Positions 13,500 to 24,984 of a DNA stretch of 64,000 nucleotides are shown piece by piece. Every line of letters begins with the position of its first letter. Position 1 is the first letter of the stretch. Under the pieces are notes generated by a model. That model saw only the letters and a list, made by a program, of their open reading frames with translations. It had not been told where the DNA came from and did not search any database. This DNA is from Isurus oxyrinchus (taxonomy: Eukaryota). The translations under genes were made by a program, and so were the position numbers. The stretch covers positions 38,254,001 through 38,318,000 of the forward strand of contig JANJGN010000026.1 in NCBI GenBank assembly GCA_026770705.1. Direction: 5' to 3'.

Positions 13500-14360
13500 C
13501 AAACCAACAATAATTTGTATTTATATAGCATCTTTCATGTAATTATATGTTCCAAAGCATTTTGTAGAAATATTACAAAGCAACATTTGACACCGAGCCA
13601 CATAAGGGCAGGTGACCAAAGGCTTGGTGAAAGAGTAAGGCTAAAGAGTATCTTAAAGGAAGAAAGTGAATAGAGATGTGGGGAGGTTTAGGGAGGAAAT
13701 TTCAGAGCTTGGGGCCTCAGAATCTTAAAGAATGGTAACCAGTGATGGAGTGATTAATTGAGAATGGTCGAGAGATCAGGATTTGATCAGCGCAGTGATC
13801 CCAAAGGGTTGTGGGCTTGGAGGAGATCACAGAGAAAGGGGTGATTGCAGCCACAGAGGGATTTGAAAACAAGGATGAGAATTTTAAAATGTTGATGCTT
13901 CTTAAACGTGAGCCTTTTCAGGTCAGCGAGCACAGAGATGATGAGTGAGCAAGACTTACTGCGAACAAACACATGGGTAGCAGGGTGTTGCATTACCTCA
14001 AGTTTACTGGGGAGGTGAATGTGGGATGTGGCCTGGGGTACGTTAGGGTAGTTAAGTCTAGAGTTAATAAAGGCATGGATGAGAGTTTCAGAATTGGGTG
14101 AGCTGAGACTAGGACAGGGTTCGGTTATGTTACAGAAGTGGGAATCGGCGGTCTTTGTGATGATGCAGATATGTTTGAAGCATGACACCAATTTGAGAAG
14201 AATCTGGTTCAGCCTCAGACAGTTGCAGCAGAAAGGAGAGGAGCCAGTGGCTAAGGAGTGACGTTTGTAGGGGGGACTAAAGACAATGGCTTTAATTTTT
14301 CCAATATTTAATTGGAGGACATTTCTGTTCACGCGGCACTGGATGCCAGACAAATGAGGA
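13500..14360 (-). mobile_element. L2 LINE 3' part
   Basis: LQLNIGKIKAIVF..ETLIHAFINSRLNY..LEVMQHPA motifs. Confidence 0.7.
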
Positions 14361-14489
14361 TGGTGTGTATGTTTGCAGACACCTGTTACCCTGCTCCTTC
14401 TAGATGGTGTAGATTCAGGGTTTGGGACGTTCTGTCACAGTTCTGGTCAAGTTGATATGAAATCCCTCTCTTTCACCCCTGCCACTCTC

Positions 14490-14492
14490 ACC

Positions 14493-14548
<56 letters not shown>
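14490..14548. repeat. (TC)n microsatellite
   Basis: Direct observation. Confidence 0.9.
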
Positions 14549-14552
<4 letters not shown>

Positions 14553-14645
14553 TGAACCTTACCCTCTCACGTCATTCTCCCTCTCTCCGTTTGCATATTT
14601 CCCTCATTTTCTCTCTCTATTTCCATCTTTATCTCCCCCTCACTG

Positions 14646-15102
14646 GGTATTAGGAGGGGAAGATTTGCAGTCAGGAAACTCAAACCAAACATCACACTAG
14701 GATCTGACTGAGTCGCCCAATTTATCGTAGCCTGAATATCATCAGAGTTTGAACATGGAAGGAAAAAGCACCGTTTACAGTGGGGAGAAACTGTACACGT
14801 GTCCTGTGTGTGGATGAGGATTCACAGGATCATCTGGCCTGTCGAAATACAAGCGCGGTTACACTGACGAGAATCTGCGGAAATGTGGGGAATGTGAGGA
14901 AGGACTGAGCCACTGATCTTGGCTGGAAACTCACCAATGCAGTCACACTGGTGGTAAGTTATTAACCTGCTCCATGTGTGGGAAGGGATTCATTCACTCA
15001 TGCATCCATTGGCTGAGACACCAGCAAGTTCACACTGGGGAGAGGCCATTAACCTGCTCTGAGTGTGGGAAGGGAAAACATCACAGCAAGTTAACTGTCT
15101 GA
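14646..15102 (+). pseudogene. C2H2 zinc-finger pseudogene, paralogue of 4189-5167
   Basis: ATG 14755 MEGKSTVYSGEKLYTCPVCG*; several in-frame stops, lost zinc ligands, truncated in finger 4; acceptor AG replaced by TG at 14644-14645. Confidence 0.85.
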
Positions 15103-15996
15103 ATGCAATGGGAGAGAAGGGAATTGACTACCAGAAGCCCAAGGTCCAATGCTTTCCCATCAATCATCAATAACATCATTCACAGATTCCATTTCTTAGC
15201 TGCACCTCCTTCCAAACATTGTGATCTATTTTCCTCAGGATGTGTTCCTGGGTTTAATATTGACCTGCTTTGTGACCTCGTTCTGAAATCAGATTCACTT
15301 CAATCTCCAACACAAATTGAGTAGCAAACCTGACAGACAAACAATGGAAAACAAGTCATCAGTAACACAAATCCCATGGTGCTCATTTTCAGATGCACAA
15401 CTGTCAGTTTTTAAATAAAAAGATGGAATTTCACAGTGAAAAGATTTAGAAAGTTGTTGTTGTTTTTATTTGTGACTCCCTCACTAGGGTATTTTGTAAA
15501 TGGTGCTTGGAGGCTTAGTGAACGGGATATAATTTACCTGCCTTTCCCTGAGCCTGTGCTCAGTGTATTGGGAAGTTTAGCCCGTGTTGGAGTATCTTGC
15601 ATCCCAGGGATGGGCAGTAAGCCACTGATTGAAGCTACTGTCGCTGCTTTCTGCTGGCAGCGGGTGATTGGAGAGTGTGGGGCCAGAATATTGCTGCTTC
15701 TCCGCTCTTCCCTATCCCACTCACTGTGGAGCTGAAGAAGAGAGAATCACTGATGGGTTTGTTTGAATCTCATAACTTCATATCTTTCCAATGGATTAGA
15801 TATAGGTACATGGCAGGTCTGATCATTTTCTCTTTACATTTGAAATATTCATAAGAAAGCGACTGTTTGTGTGGGATCACTGAATAACAGAAACATGTGC
15901 CTCGATTGTGGATTATTTTCTTGAAGCCAATATGCACCTTGACAACCCAGAGTTGTGGGGTGATGAATGTGATGGGCTGACAAACGGTGAAAGCTT

Positions 15997-16074
15997 CGTC
16001 GGCGGGTGGTCTCGCTCGAATCACCAACCTTCTGGTTAACAGCCGAACACGCTGACCAATTGCACCACAGAAAA
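15997..16074 (-). tRNA. tRNA-Asn(GTT) pseudogene
   Basis: TCTGTGGTGCAATTGGTCAGCGTGTTCGGCTGTTAACCAGAAGGTTGGTGATTCGAGC matches vertebrate tRNA-Asn; acceptor stem broken, 4-nt insertion in the T arm. Confidence 0.75.
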
Positions 16075-17853
16075 AGTCGCAAGATATGTACTTAAAGGTT
16101 CAGATGCCGCTATCAGAATGATCATTGTTCTCTACGAGTTTTACCTTTCCAAAATAAAGGGTGAGGCATTGATTTGGATATATGGAAACAGTCTGATCCC
16201 ACCCACTGCAGACACATCCATGTCACCTGGAACCAGCTCTCCTACAGTCTCCCTTCGATCCTTTTGGTGCCTTGTCTGTCACCAAGTGCTCTGATTGTCC
16301 CGAAACCAATATTCGGCTTGAATTGCTGATGTGCAGTGAGGAGAATCCTTTCCATGTCTCAGATCAGTTAATTTCAATGATAACATCAGAGTCAATGTTC
16401 CAGTGCCTTAAAGAGGGGAACGGTACCTTGAACGGTCAGTCGGACAGTTTGCCCTTCGTTCTCCTCTGATCCCGGTTCCCAAAGAATTTCGAAAGCTTTG
16501 CAAAGCTGGAGACTGGGTTTTTTGCTTTGGTTCCTTTTGCATCTTCCCAACTGCTAGCTGGCAATATTTTCTAAAATCTCATTGCAATTTTTCACCTTGC
16601 ATCATGTCCATAGATGAGGAAATTCAGCTTTGTGGAGAGATTATAGAGGCCGCGATTGTTCTCTTTAGAATAAAGGAGGTTAAACAGAGATTTCATGGAG
16701 CTTATGAAATTATAGAACAATATTGAAAGAGTTGCAGGAGTTTCTGCAGTGCCCATGCGCACTGTGTGATCATCAACAAAATTTCCCTGACCCAATGACA
16801 TCAGGAGTTGGACTTTAGATTCTGATATAGTTTTTGAACCATAAATGTATTTATGCAGCTGATTTCATACCAAACTTTCCAAAGAGATTGATTCAGATCA
16901 AGCATGTCCTCGTTTTTCTCAGTCGCCTTATACAATCTAATTCCTCTTGCTGTACAACCTGTTACAGAGACTGTTATAGAAAAGAGGGAAAGGTTTGCTG
17001 CAGCTATACAAAGCCCTGGTTAGGTCACACCTGGAGGACTGTGTATAGTTCTGGGAACGGCATCTGATAAAGGATCAATATTTGCCTTGAAAGTTTCAGA
17101 GGAGCCACATTGATTCTGTTGGTGGGTTTGGAAATTGAACGTTGTACATCCGCAGCTTGTGGCACAATTTCCCCTCACTGTTCACTTCATGTTCATGTTG
17201 AACACACTCGATGCAGTTATTGGCTGAAGAAGTCTTCTATGTTTTAACTAAACAGGCTGTTATTTGGCACTCCCGCTCCTGCCGCCCTGGTTTGGCTCTC
17301 ATCAGGGAATGTTGTTTCCTTGTTGCTGTGTGAACTGTCACAATGAACTGATCCTGGAATCTCTTTCCCCCGGGATCTACAAAACCCATCACGTCTCTTC
17401 TTTCATTCTCACTCTTTCATTCCCAGTTTGAGTCGGTTCTCCTTTTGGGCCCTTCAACAAATCCATTTGGACGGACAAGTGGCAGCTGAAATTTAATGTC
17501 TGGAAGTGTGAAGTGATTCATTTTGGTCGGAGAGGAGAGGAAACTGAAAATAATAGTTACAGTTTTAAAGGGGCTTCTATGTTGCACAACGAGTGGTTCG
17601 GATCAGGAATGTATCAAAGCGGTTCGGTTCCATGAGGGGATGGACCCATTTTTACCATCGCAAACTTCACTCACATTAGTTGTGTAGCTTTTCATTAAAA
17701 ATGTTCAGAAAGAAAAAGCAGGTTGGAAAGATGCAAGAGGAGAATGTTTCTTTCTGTATGTTTTTTCAGTGGAGACCGTTCAGTTACTGAATGTTACAAT
17801 GTGGAGAGTGATTGAAAATTTCAGTCATGGCAAGGACAATTTTTGACACTAGC

Positions 17854-17935
17854 AGTTGCGTGGCCGAGTGGTCCAAGATGCTGGAGTTAGGTTCTACTTT
17901 TTGTGGAAGCGTGGGTTCAAATCTCTCCATTGTCA
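17854..17935 (+). tRNA. tRNA-Leu(TAG) pseudogene
   Basis: 82 nt, TGGCCGAGTGGTCCAAG...CTGGAGTTAGG...GCGTGGGTTCAAATC; long variable arm; several stem mismatches. Confidence 0.7.
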
Positions 17936-17984
17936 GAGTTTCAGACGGTTCATATTTTCAATCAATTTCGCCAAACCTTTCAGT

Positions 17985-18360
17985 TATAGAGTCATAGAGG
18001 CCTATAGCACAGAAAAAGGCCCTTCGGCCCATCGAGTCTGTGCCCGTCAAACAAGTGCCTAAATATTCTAATCCCATTTTCCAGCACTAGGCCCATAGCC
18101 TTGTATACCATGGCATCGCAAGTGCACATACAAATACTTCTTTAACGTTTTGAGGGTTTCTGGCTCTACCACTCTTTCAGGCAGTGTGTTCCAGATTCCC
18201 ACCACCCTCTGGGTGAAAAAATTCTTCCTTGCATCCCCTCTAAACCTTTTGCCCCTTGTCTTAAATCTATGCCCCCTGGTTATTGATCCCTCCACTAAGG
18301 GGAAAAGCTCCTTCCTGTCTACCCTACCTATACCCCATATAATTTTATGCATCTCAATCA
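17985..18360 (-). mobile_element. CR1 LINE 3' end
   Basis: GRVDRKELFPLVEGSITRGHRFK..RKNFFTQRVVGIWNTLP. Confidence 0.85.
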
Positions 18361-19019
18361 CATGTGTGTTCCTGTGCACGTTCAGTGTACAGTGCTCCAT
18401 TCTGGAGGAAAGATCGAGGAGAGACAGCAGAAATTGCAGGGCAGCCAGGAATAGATGGGGCTACATGTCTTCATTCTCAGCTGTAACCACTCTGTCGCTT
18501 TATGTACAAAGCATTAAAAGGTAGATGGCAGCAATGGATGGAGCTGAGTTGCTTATGTAATGGGCTTGAAACCATTTTATGTTCCCTGATACAAGTTCAA
18601 ATCCTACATATTGAACCTGCAAACTACATTTAATAGTTTACATTTCTCACTGTTCCTGCTTTAAGAATGAGTTACAGAATTAATTATCTATTAAAAAAAT
18701 ATTTCAAATGCTTCCCAGTATTTTTCATTTCTGTTCATCCGCAGGCATTCACCAAATTTGCAGTTGGAAATGGAACAAAAACGGAGGCAATCTGGTGACA
18801 TCCTTGCTTTCTGGACATTTTTCTTTCCTTAGACAGCTGTCACTATCGGTGTGTGTGTGTGTGTGTGTGTTCCTCTGCGTGTGTCAATGTGGTTTAGTTC
18901 CCTGAGAGGGATAAACGCATTTTTACCATCGGAAACTTTATTCACTTTAGTTATGTGTCTTCATGGTAAATGGTACAGAGAATAATAGTAGTTTTAAAAG
19001 TTGCAAGAGGACCTTTACT

Positions 19020-19092
19020 GCGTTGGGGCAACCCAGTGGTTAAAACAGTGGATTTACCAAATCGGGTGCTGAGTTCGACCCTCGCTGGTGCA
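19020..19092 (+). tRNA. Highly degenerate tRNA-Gly-like pseudogene
   Basis: Starts GCGTTGG, A-box AGTGGTTA, B-box GAGTTCGACC, ends GCA, 73 nt; anticodon arm degraded. Confidence 0.45.
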
Positions 19093-19099
19093 TGTAGAC

Positions 19100-19895
19100 A
19101 AAAATTAGTTGATGAAAACGATGCAAATGTAAGCTGTGAGGAGGATACAGAGGAGTATATCGGCTGTGAAGAGATTTAGACATGTCAGGGTAACAGGGAT
19201 GGAACATGAGAGAATAATTTCCACATGTGCATAGCTATTCAGGAGGTCTGAAAAAATTTGATAAATAAGTGGAACTATTTAGGCACAACAAGTAATTAGG
19301 AAAGCTGATTGAACGTTATCATTCACTGTGAGGGGAATTGAAGTAAGGAGGTTATAGTTCAGTTGTACAGGACACCGGTATGAACATATCTGGAGTACTG
19401 TGGAGAGTGTTGGCCTCCTTATTTAAGGAAAGATGTAAATGCATTAGAAGTCATTCAGGGAAGGCTTACTGGACTAATATCAAGGATAGGCAGGCTGTCT
19501 CATGAGGAAAGGGTGGACAGGCTAGGCCTGTATCTGCTGGAATTTAGAAAGCTAAGAGGTGACTTGATCGAAATCTTTCAGATTCTGAGGGGTTTTGACA
19601 GGGTGGGTGTGAAGAGGATCTTTCCTCTTGTGGGAGAATCTGGAAATAGGTGTCACTGTTTAAAAATTGGGGTTCGCTCATTTAAGACAGAGATGAGAGA
19701 ATTCTTTTTCTCTCAGAGTGTCGTAAGTGGAAGCAGAGTCTTTGAATCTTTTTAAGGCAGAGATAGGTATATTTAACAAGAGGCTGAAAGATTCATGGGG
19801 ATTGGTCGGAAGTTAGAAACAGATCAGCCATGATCTTATTAAATGGCTGAACAGGCTTGAAGGGCCGAGTGGCCTAATCCTGCTCCTAATTCGTA
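19100..19895 (+). mobile_element. CR1 LINE ORF2 3' part and 3' UTR
   Basis: DRLGLYLLEFRKLRGDLIEIF.. motif; CR1 3' UTR. Confidence 0.8.
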
Positions 19896-20469
19896 TGTTC
19901 ACATGCCTTTTGAGTATAGACTGCTTACCGATTCAGTACCCGAATGGCACAAAGTCAAGGATGATTGAGATTTTCACTGAGCAACATGTAAACAGACAAT
20001 GGATTCACTCGGTGCGATGGTCTGTTCCAGTTCTATATGTGCAATCACAGAATCAATTTCTATTTGAGAGTCTATTCAAAGAGTCATCCGGACTCGAAAC
20101 GTCAACTGTGTTCCTCTCCGCAGATGCTGTCAGACCCGCTGAGTTTTTCCAGCTATTTTTGTTTCTGTATCAATTTATATTTGTTGCTTTGAACCCAACG
20201 AGTTGGATGTTATGCACATGTTTGCTCTAATTTATCTAATTTTCTTTGAAATAAAAATTCATATAACTATTTGCCTGGGAACTTACTGGATAACAGCAGG
20301 GCTGGAAAAGTTAGGGCAACATTTCCTTGTAACCAAAAGACTAAAAGCAGAACTGTGTCTGTAATATAAGTAGAAGCAGGAATAGAGAGAATCTACTGGC
20401 CCTAGATGGTGTCAAACCACCAATGTTCTGGTTGACAGCTGAATTCTCTAAACAGGATGATTCACAAGC

Positions 20470-20535
20470 ACCCTGGTGACCTGGTGGTTAGGATTCGGTG
20501 CTTTCATCGCCCAGGTTTGATTCCCGGTCTCGCTG
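20470..20535 (+). tRNA. tRNA-Glu(TTC) pseudogene with internal deletion
   Basis: CCCTGGTGACCTGGTGGTTAGGATTCGGTGCTTTCATCGC..CCAGGTTTGATTCCCGGTC. Confidence 0.65.
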
Positions 20536-20544
20536 TTGTGCAAA

Positions 20545-21470
20545 ATATCACAACCAGAAACCAATTTCTGATCCAAAAAACACTATCACCCCCAACATCT
20601 CATCCCCTTCCCACGGCACCTTCCCATGCAATTGCAGGAGGTGTAACACCTGCCCCTTTACCTCCTCCCGCCTCCCTCCAAGATCCCAAACTCTCCTTCC
20701 AGATGAAGCAGAGATTTATTTGCACTTCATGCAATTCAGGCTGCTGCATTCACTGCCCTCAAGGTGGTCTCCTCTACACTGGGGAGAGTAAACACAGACT
20801 GACTGTCCGCTTTGTGGAACACTTTCACTCAGTCCACAAGCATAACCCAGACCTGCCCGTCACCATCTGGCTCACACTCACATTTCTGTCCTCAGCTTTC
20901 TACAATGTTCCAGTGAAGCTCAATGCAAACTGGAGGAACAGCACCTCATCTTCTCAATAGGCACTCTACAGCCTTCTGGACTCAACATTGAGGTCAACAG
21001 ATTCACACCATGAACTCCATCCTCCATTTTAATTTCCCTGCAGCCTCCCAACTCCCAAGTGCCAGTTTGCATCTTGTTCTCATGTTTTGCTTTCAGACAG
21101 CGCCGACCCTTTTTCTGCTATTAACACATTCTGCTATTTTGCTTCCAGTCAGTGCTGACCTTTGTCTAAATATTAACACCTGCTTTCATAATTAATAATA
21201 TCATTCCCTTTGCCTTTGACTTGTGTTCCATGATATCTTTGTCATTTAATCTCTCCAGATCTCCAACCTATCCCTGAACATTTTTGCTCCATTTTCTAAA
21301 CCGCCCCCCCCCCACCCCCACCCCCACCCCGCCCCGTCAGTAGCATAAAATCCATCACATTTCTATCTCCCTTCAGTTCTGAAGAAGAGCCATATGGCCT
21401 GAAAACATTCAAGATGTTTCTGTCTCCACAGATGCTGCCAGACCTGCTGGGAACTTCAGCACCCCTGTTT
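20545..21470 (+). mobile_element. Penelope-like retroelement relic (GIY-YIG endonuclease fragment plus terminal repeat)
   Basis: CIHCPQGGLLYTGESKHRL..RFVEH, degenerate form of the Penelope YIGETKRRL..RF.EH motif; terminal repeat near 21375-21470. Confidence 0.75.
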
Positions 21471-21912
21471 TTATTAGAGCACAAATTCCTGGCTTTATTA
21501 TAATATAAAATGCATAGCAAGTCGGCCAAAATCTGTGGAACGAGGAGCAGAGTTAAAGTTCCACGTGGGTATTAAATAGAACTGGAAATGACTGAGGTGG
21601 AGGTTAGGAGTTAGAAGATGTAACATGAAAGTGGAAAACTTTTATGTCGGTCAATTACTTACAGTGATGAATGTCTGTCGTGTGTTGCCTTGCAAGTTGC
21701 ACAGGAGCTGCAGTGATTAGATTGGTGGGTTTTGAAAATTGAATTTTGCAATTCACCGCTTTTGGCACTATTTCACCACACTGTCTATTTCATGTTCCAG
21801 CCAATGGCAATGGTTGTTTAGTTGCCTGAATAGGCCATTTTGTCTCTGGATAAAGCAGTCTGAAATGAAAATAAAAGGCAAAAGTATCATTTATCAAAAC
21901 ACAAGGATAATG

Positions 21913-21984
21913 TCCCTGGTGACCATGTGGTTAGAATTCAGCCCTTTCAACGCTGCGGCCCGGATTACCTTTCTGGTTTGGGAA
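21913..21984 (+). tRNA. tRNA-Glu(TTC) pseudogene
   Basis: 72 nt TCCCTGGTG...GTGGTTAGAATTCAGCCCTTTCAACGCTGCGGCCCGG...GGGAA; B box destroyed. Confidence 0.7.
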
Positions 21985-22107
21985 TGAGGGTTCTTTGCTC
22001 ATGTCACACTGCTTAAACAGAGAGTTCTTTTTATTGGTTTAAAACTGAAAATGCATAACAGCCTCTGCCAGAATCAGTGGAGTGAGAGTTGAAGCTTCCC
22101 ATCAGAG

Positions 22108-22490
22108 CTGGTCTCAGAGGGAATGGAGCAGGAAGGGAGGATCCCTGGGGCGAAGTTCAGCGAGTTCAGGAGGATGGTATCAGAGGGAATGGAGCCGGGA
22201 GAGAGGATCCCTGGGGTGATGTTCGGTGAGTTCAGGAGGATGGTATCAGAGGGAATGGAGCTGGGAGAGAGGACCCCTGGGGCGATGTTCAGGAGGATGG
22301 TATCAGAGAGAATGAAGCCGGGAGAGAGGATCCCTGGGGCGATGTTCAGTGAGTTCAGGAGGATGGTATCAGAGGGAATGGAGCAGGGAGAGAGGCTCCC
22401 TGGGGTGATGCTCAGTGAGTCCAGGAGGATGGTGTCAGATGGAATGGAACAGGAAGAGAGGATCCCTGGGGCGATGCTTCGTGAGTTCAT
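22108..22490. repeat. 66-bp minisatellite, ~5.7 copies
   Basis: Unit ggagccgggagagaggatccctggggtgatgttcggtgagttcaggaggatggtatcagagggaat; third unit lacks 9 bp. Confidence 0.9.
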
Positions 22491-22689
22491 TTGTTTGTTG
22501 CGTCGGGCAGGCCGCAGGGCCTGGGAATTTCCACGATTTGTGCTCCCTGGTGTCCCTGATAAGCCCCAAACTGTAGTAATAATTTTGCAGAATTCCTCTT
22601 CGATAATGTTTCTGTGTCAGATCGGCCCTAGTCTCTAGGAATCATCCAATGGTTTGTATCAACTGTACCGTCTGTAGTATATATGTATT

Positions 22690-23150
22690 TTTTTGTTATT
22701 CGTTTATGCGATGTGGGTGTGGCTGTCTGGGCCAGCATTTATTGCCCATCCCTAATAGACTTGAGAAGGCGGCCTGTGACGTTCTGCCTTGTGAGTGTTT
22801 AATTGGACAAGGTAGAGAGAGTCCAGGCGAAGGTTCTCGGGGCTGGGGTTCAAATCCCAACATGGCAGTTGCTGGAATGTGAGTTCAATTAATAAAATCT
22901 GGAATTGAAAACTGGCCTCAGTGATGGTGACCATGACAACTATCACCGATTGTCGTAAAAACCCATCTGCTGCACTCAAGTCACTTTCGGGGAGGAAATC
23001 TGTCATCTTCATCTGGCGTGGCCGACATGTGATTCAAGGTTCACAGCTCTGCGGTTGACAGTTAACTGCCCTCTGAAATGGCCTCGGAAGGCGGACTGTT
23101 CAGAGCAGCCTTGCCAGCGACACCCATATCTCATGAAAGGATAAAGAGGG
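22690..23150. mobile_element. SINE fragments in both orientations
   Basis: Matches to head, body and tail of the 6630-6945 SINE. Confidence 0.55.
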
Positions 23151-23454
23151 AAAAACAAAACTTTTTCTCTCTATCTAAACCCTGCTGCACCGACGCTGGG
23201 AGTGTTTAATGGGACAGTGTAAAGGAAACTTTCATCCTCCCTATACTGTCCTGTATGGGCCTCTGATGAACAGCCCCTGCTGTTTACAATTACCTGACAT
23301 GTGACTGTGACAGGCCTGAGTATGAGTGAAATCACCGAGATTCTCCTCGCTGTGCAATCATTCTGCCTCTGGAATTTGCCATAAAAAGGCAGAGGTAAAG
23401 GTGTATTAACAGCAATGGGTCGCTGGGTGGCGCGATGACTCTTTCACTGAAGGA

Positions 23455-23575
23455 TCTCGGGTCTGAAGAAGTCATGAGGACTCGAAACGTAAACTCAGTT
23501 TTTTGTCTCCACAGATGCTGTGAGACCTGCTGAGTTTTTCCAACATTTTCTGTTTTTGTTTCAGATCCCAGACAA
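23455..23575 (+). mobile_element. Penelope-like terminal repeat with hammerhead-like core
   Basis: CTGAAGA-AGTC-ATGAG-GACT-C-GAAACGTA at 23463-23491. Confidence 0.55.
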
Positions 23576-23692
23576 GTCTGGTTAAAAATGCCTGCCTGGG
23601 AAAGGGGGGAAAACACTGTAATAGGGAAATTGGAGCGATGTCGATGGGTCTGAGAGAAAGTTCAGCAAAGTCAGTTCGTTTCACATTCATGA

Positions 23693-23698
23693 TTTATT
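23693..23698 (-). terminator. Candidate poly(A) signal for membrane IgM mRNA
   Basis: AATAAA on the minus strand ~450 nt after the TM2 stop. Confidence 0.6.
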
Positions 23699-24149
23699 AA
23701 CAATTTCAGGGAACATTTTACAGAAAAGTTTATTTTAAAGTTAACTGAAGTGAATATAATCACTAAGAGTCACATTGAGAACAGAGCACATTCGCTCTGA
23801 GCTGCCAACTTTGTGTACAACTGTAACAGACACCAGAAAGAGAAAACAGGAGCTCAATATCAAGGGAAGGGATTAATTGTGAATGAGGAATGAGAAAAGT
23901 TACTTATTTACACAGGGAATTCAAACTACTGGGAAATTATTAGCTGCTGTTGCAATGAATCATAATTATCTCGCACATTTGAAACAGAGAAACGGAAATA
24001 CCGTTCATAATTGTCTCAGTTACAAATTCGGAAACATAAACTGAAGGTATTTCATCTTTACAGTCACCGAGAGGATATATTTTAAATTCGGAATACAGAG
24101 GTCTCAATAAAGAGCTGAGGAAAATCTACGGTGTCCAAAATTCAATCGG

Positions 24150-24158
24150 TCACTTGAT
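24150..24158 (-). CDS. IGHM: IgM TM2 exon coding part (I-K-stop)
   Basis: Pyrimidine tract + cag|ATC AAG TGA, 138-nt phase-0 intron after TM1. Confidence 0.85.
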   Translation of the reverse strand: MK

Positions 24159-24296
24159 CTGTAAAAGAGGATGAAATAATGAAGCAGATGTTTATAATCT
24201 GGGACATTTATGTTAGAGTTCTAATCAATGAAACATTGAGAGATTTTTCAAACCGCTTCTGTCAGTTTGAAGTGTGAGTGGATTGAATCTTCTCAC

Positions 24297-24424
24297 CTTT
24301 GCCAGAGTGACGGCAGTGCTGTAGAAAATGCTCAGGAAGAATAGGATGATGAATGTGGAAGCGGTTGTCCAGATGTTGCCGTTATCATCCTCAGAGTCTT
24401 CAATCCAGATGCGGTCTGTGGAAT
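24297..24424 (-). CDS. IGHM: IgM TM1 exon
   Basis: tag|(G)AT..DSTDRIWIEDSEDDNGNIWTTASTFIILFFLSIFYSTAVTLAK|gtgaga; acidic spacer and conserved antigen-receptor transmembrane (CART) motif. Confidence 0.93.
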
Positions 24425-24984
24425 CTACGGGGATAAAGCCGAGGAAATATAATTAGGTTGTTTATTAATCTAGGGTATCATTTAAAAAAATTCCTTTACT
24501 CTTTCATAAGTTATTAATGTATTCAATGTTCAAGGTATATCTACTATTAAGGGACACTCAGTAACCCATCTCTGTAACTATCTCTACAGCTATTCTCCCT
24601 TTACAATCTTTGTACAGTCCATGTCGGAAAAAATTGCAAATTTTCTCCAGTATCAGGTTATTTTCGAACAATTTCGTATGATCTATTATTGGAGAATATT
24701 ATGATGGGTATCGGGAAAGATTCACTGAGCTACTTATTTGGAAACTGTGAACATTGCTTTTTAAAAGCTCGGATGTGAGTTCCCATCTTGATTGTCTATT
24801 TGTGATATGGGAATGTTTGGTGCATCATTAATTTAAATCAGTTTCTCAGTAAGAGCATTGTTTCAGTGTGTTTATTGGGTTATTATGTAATAGAGACAAT
24901 TGCCAGAGGATATGCCCATTAAAAAAGTACATTTGAATTATACTTTCTTCAATAGCCTGGCCTCTGTGTTGTGCTTTAGCTTTT

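Noticed and set aside
15436-17067. Short ORFs in the unique-looking 15.4-17.1 kb region
   Set aside because: No recognisable protein motif or consistent exon structure in any frame.
17575-17640. tRNA-Asp-like remnants here and at ~18880-18910
   Set aside because: Only the 3' GGTTC..CC..GAGGGGA end resembles a tRNA; too degraded to call.
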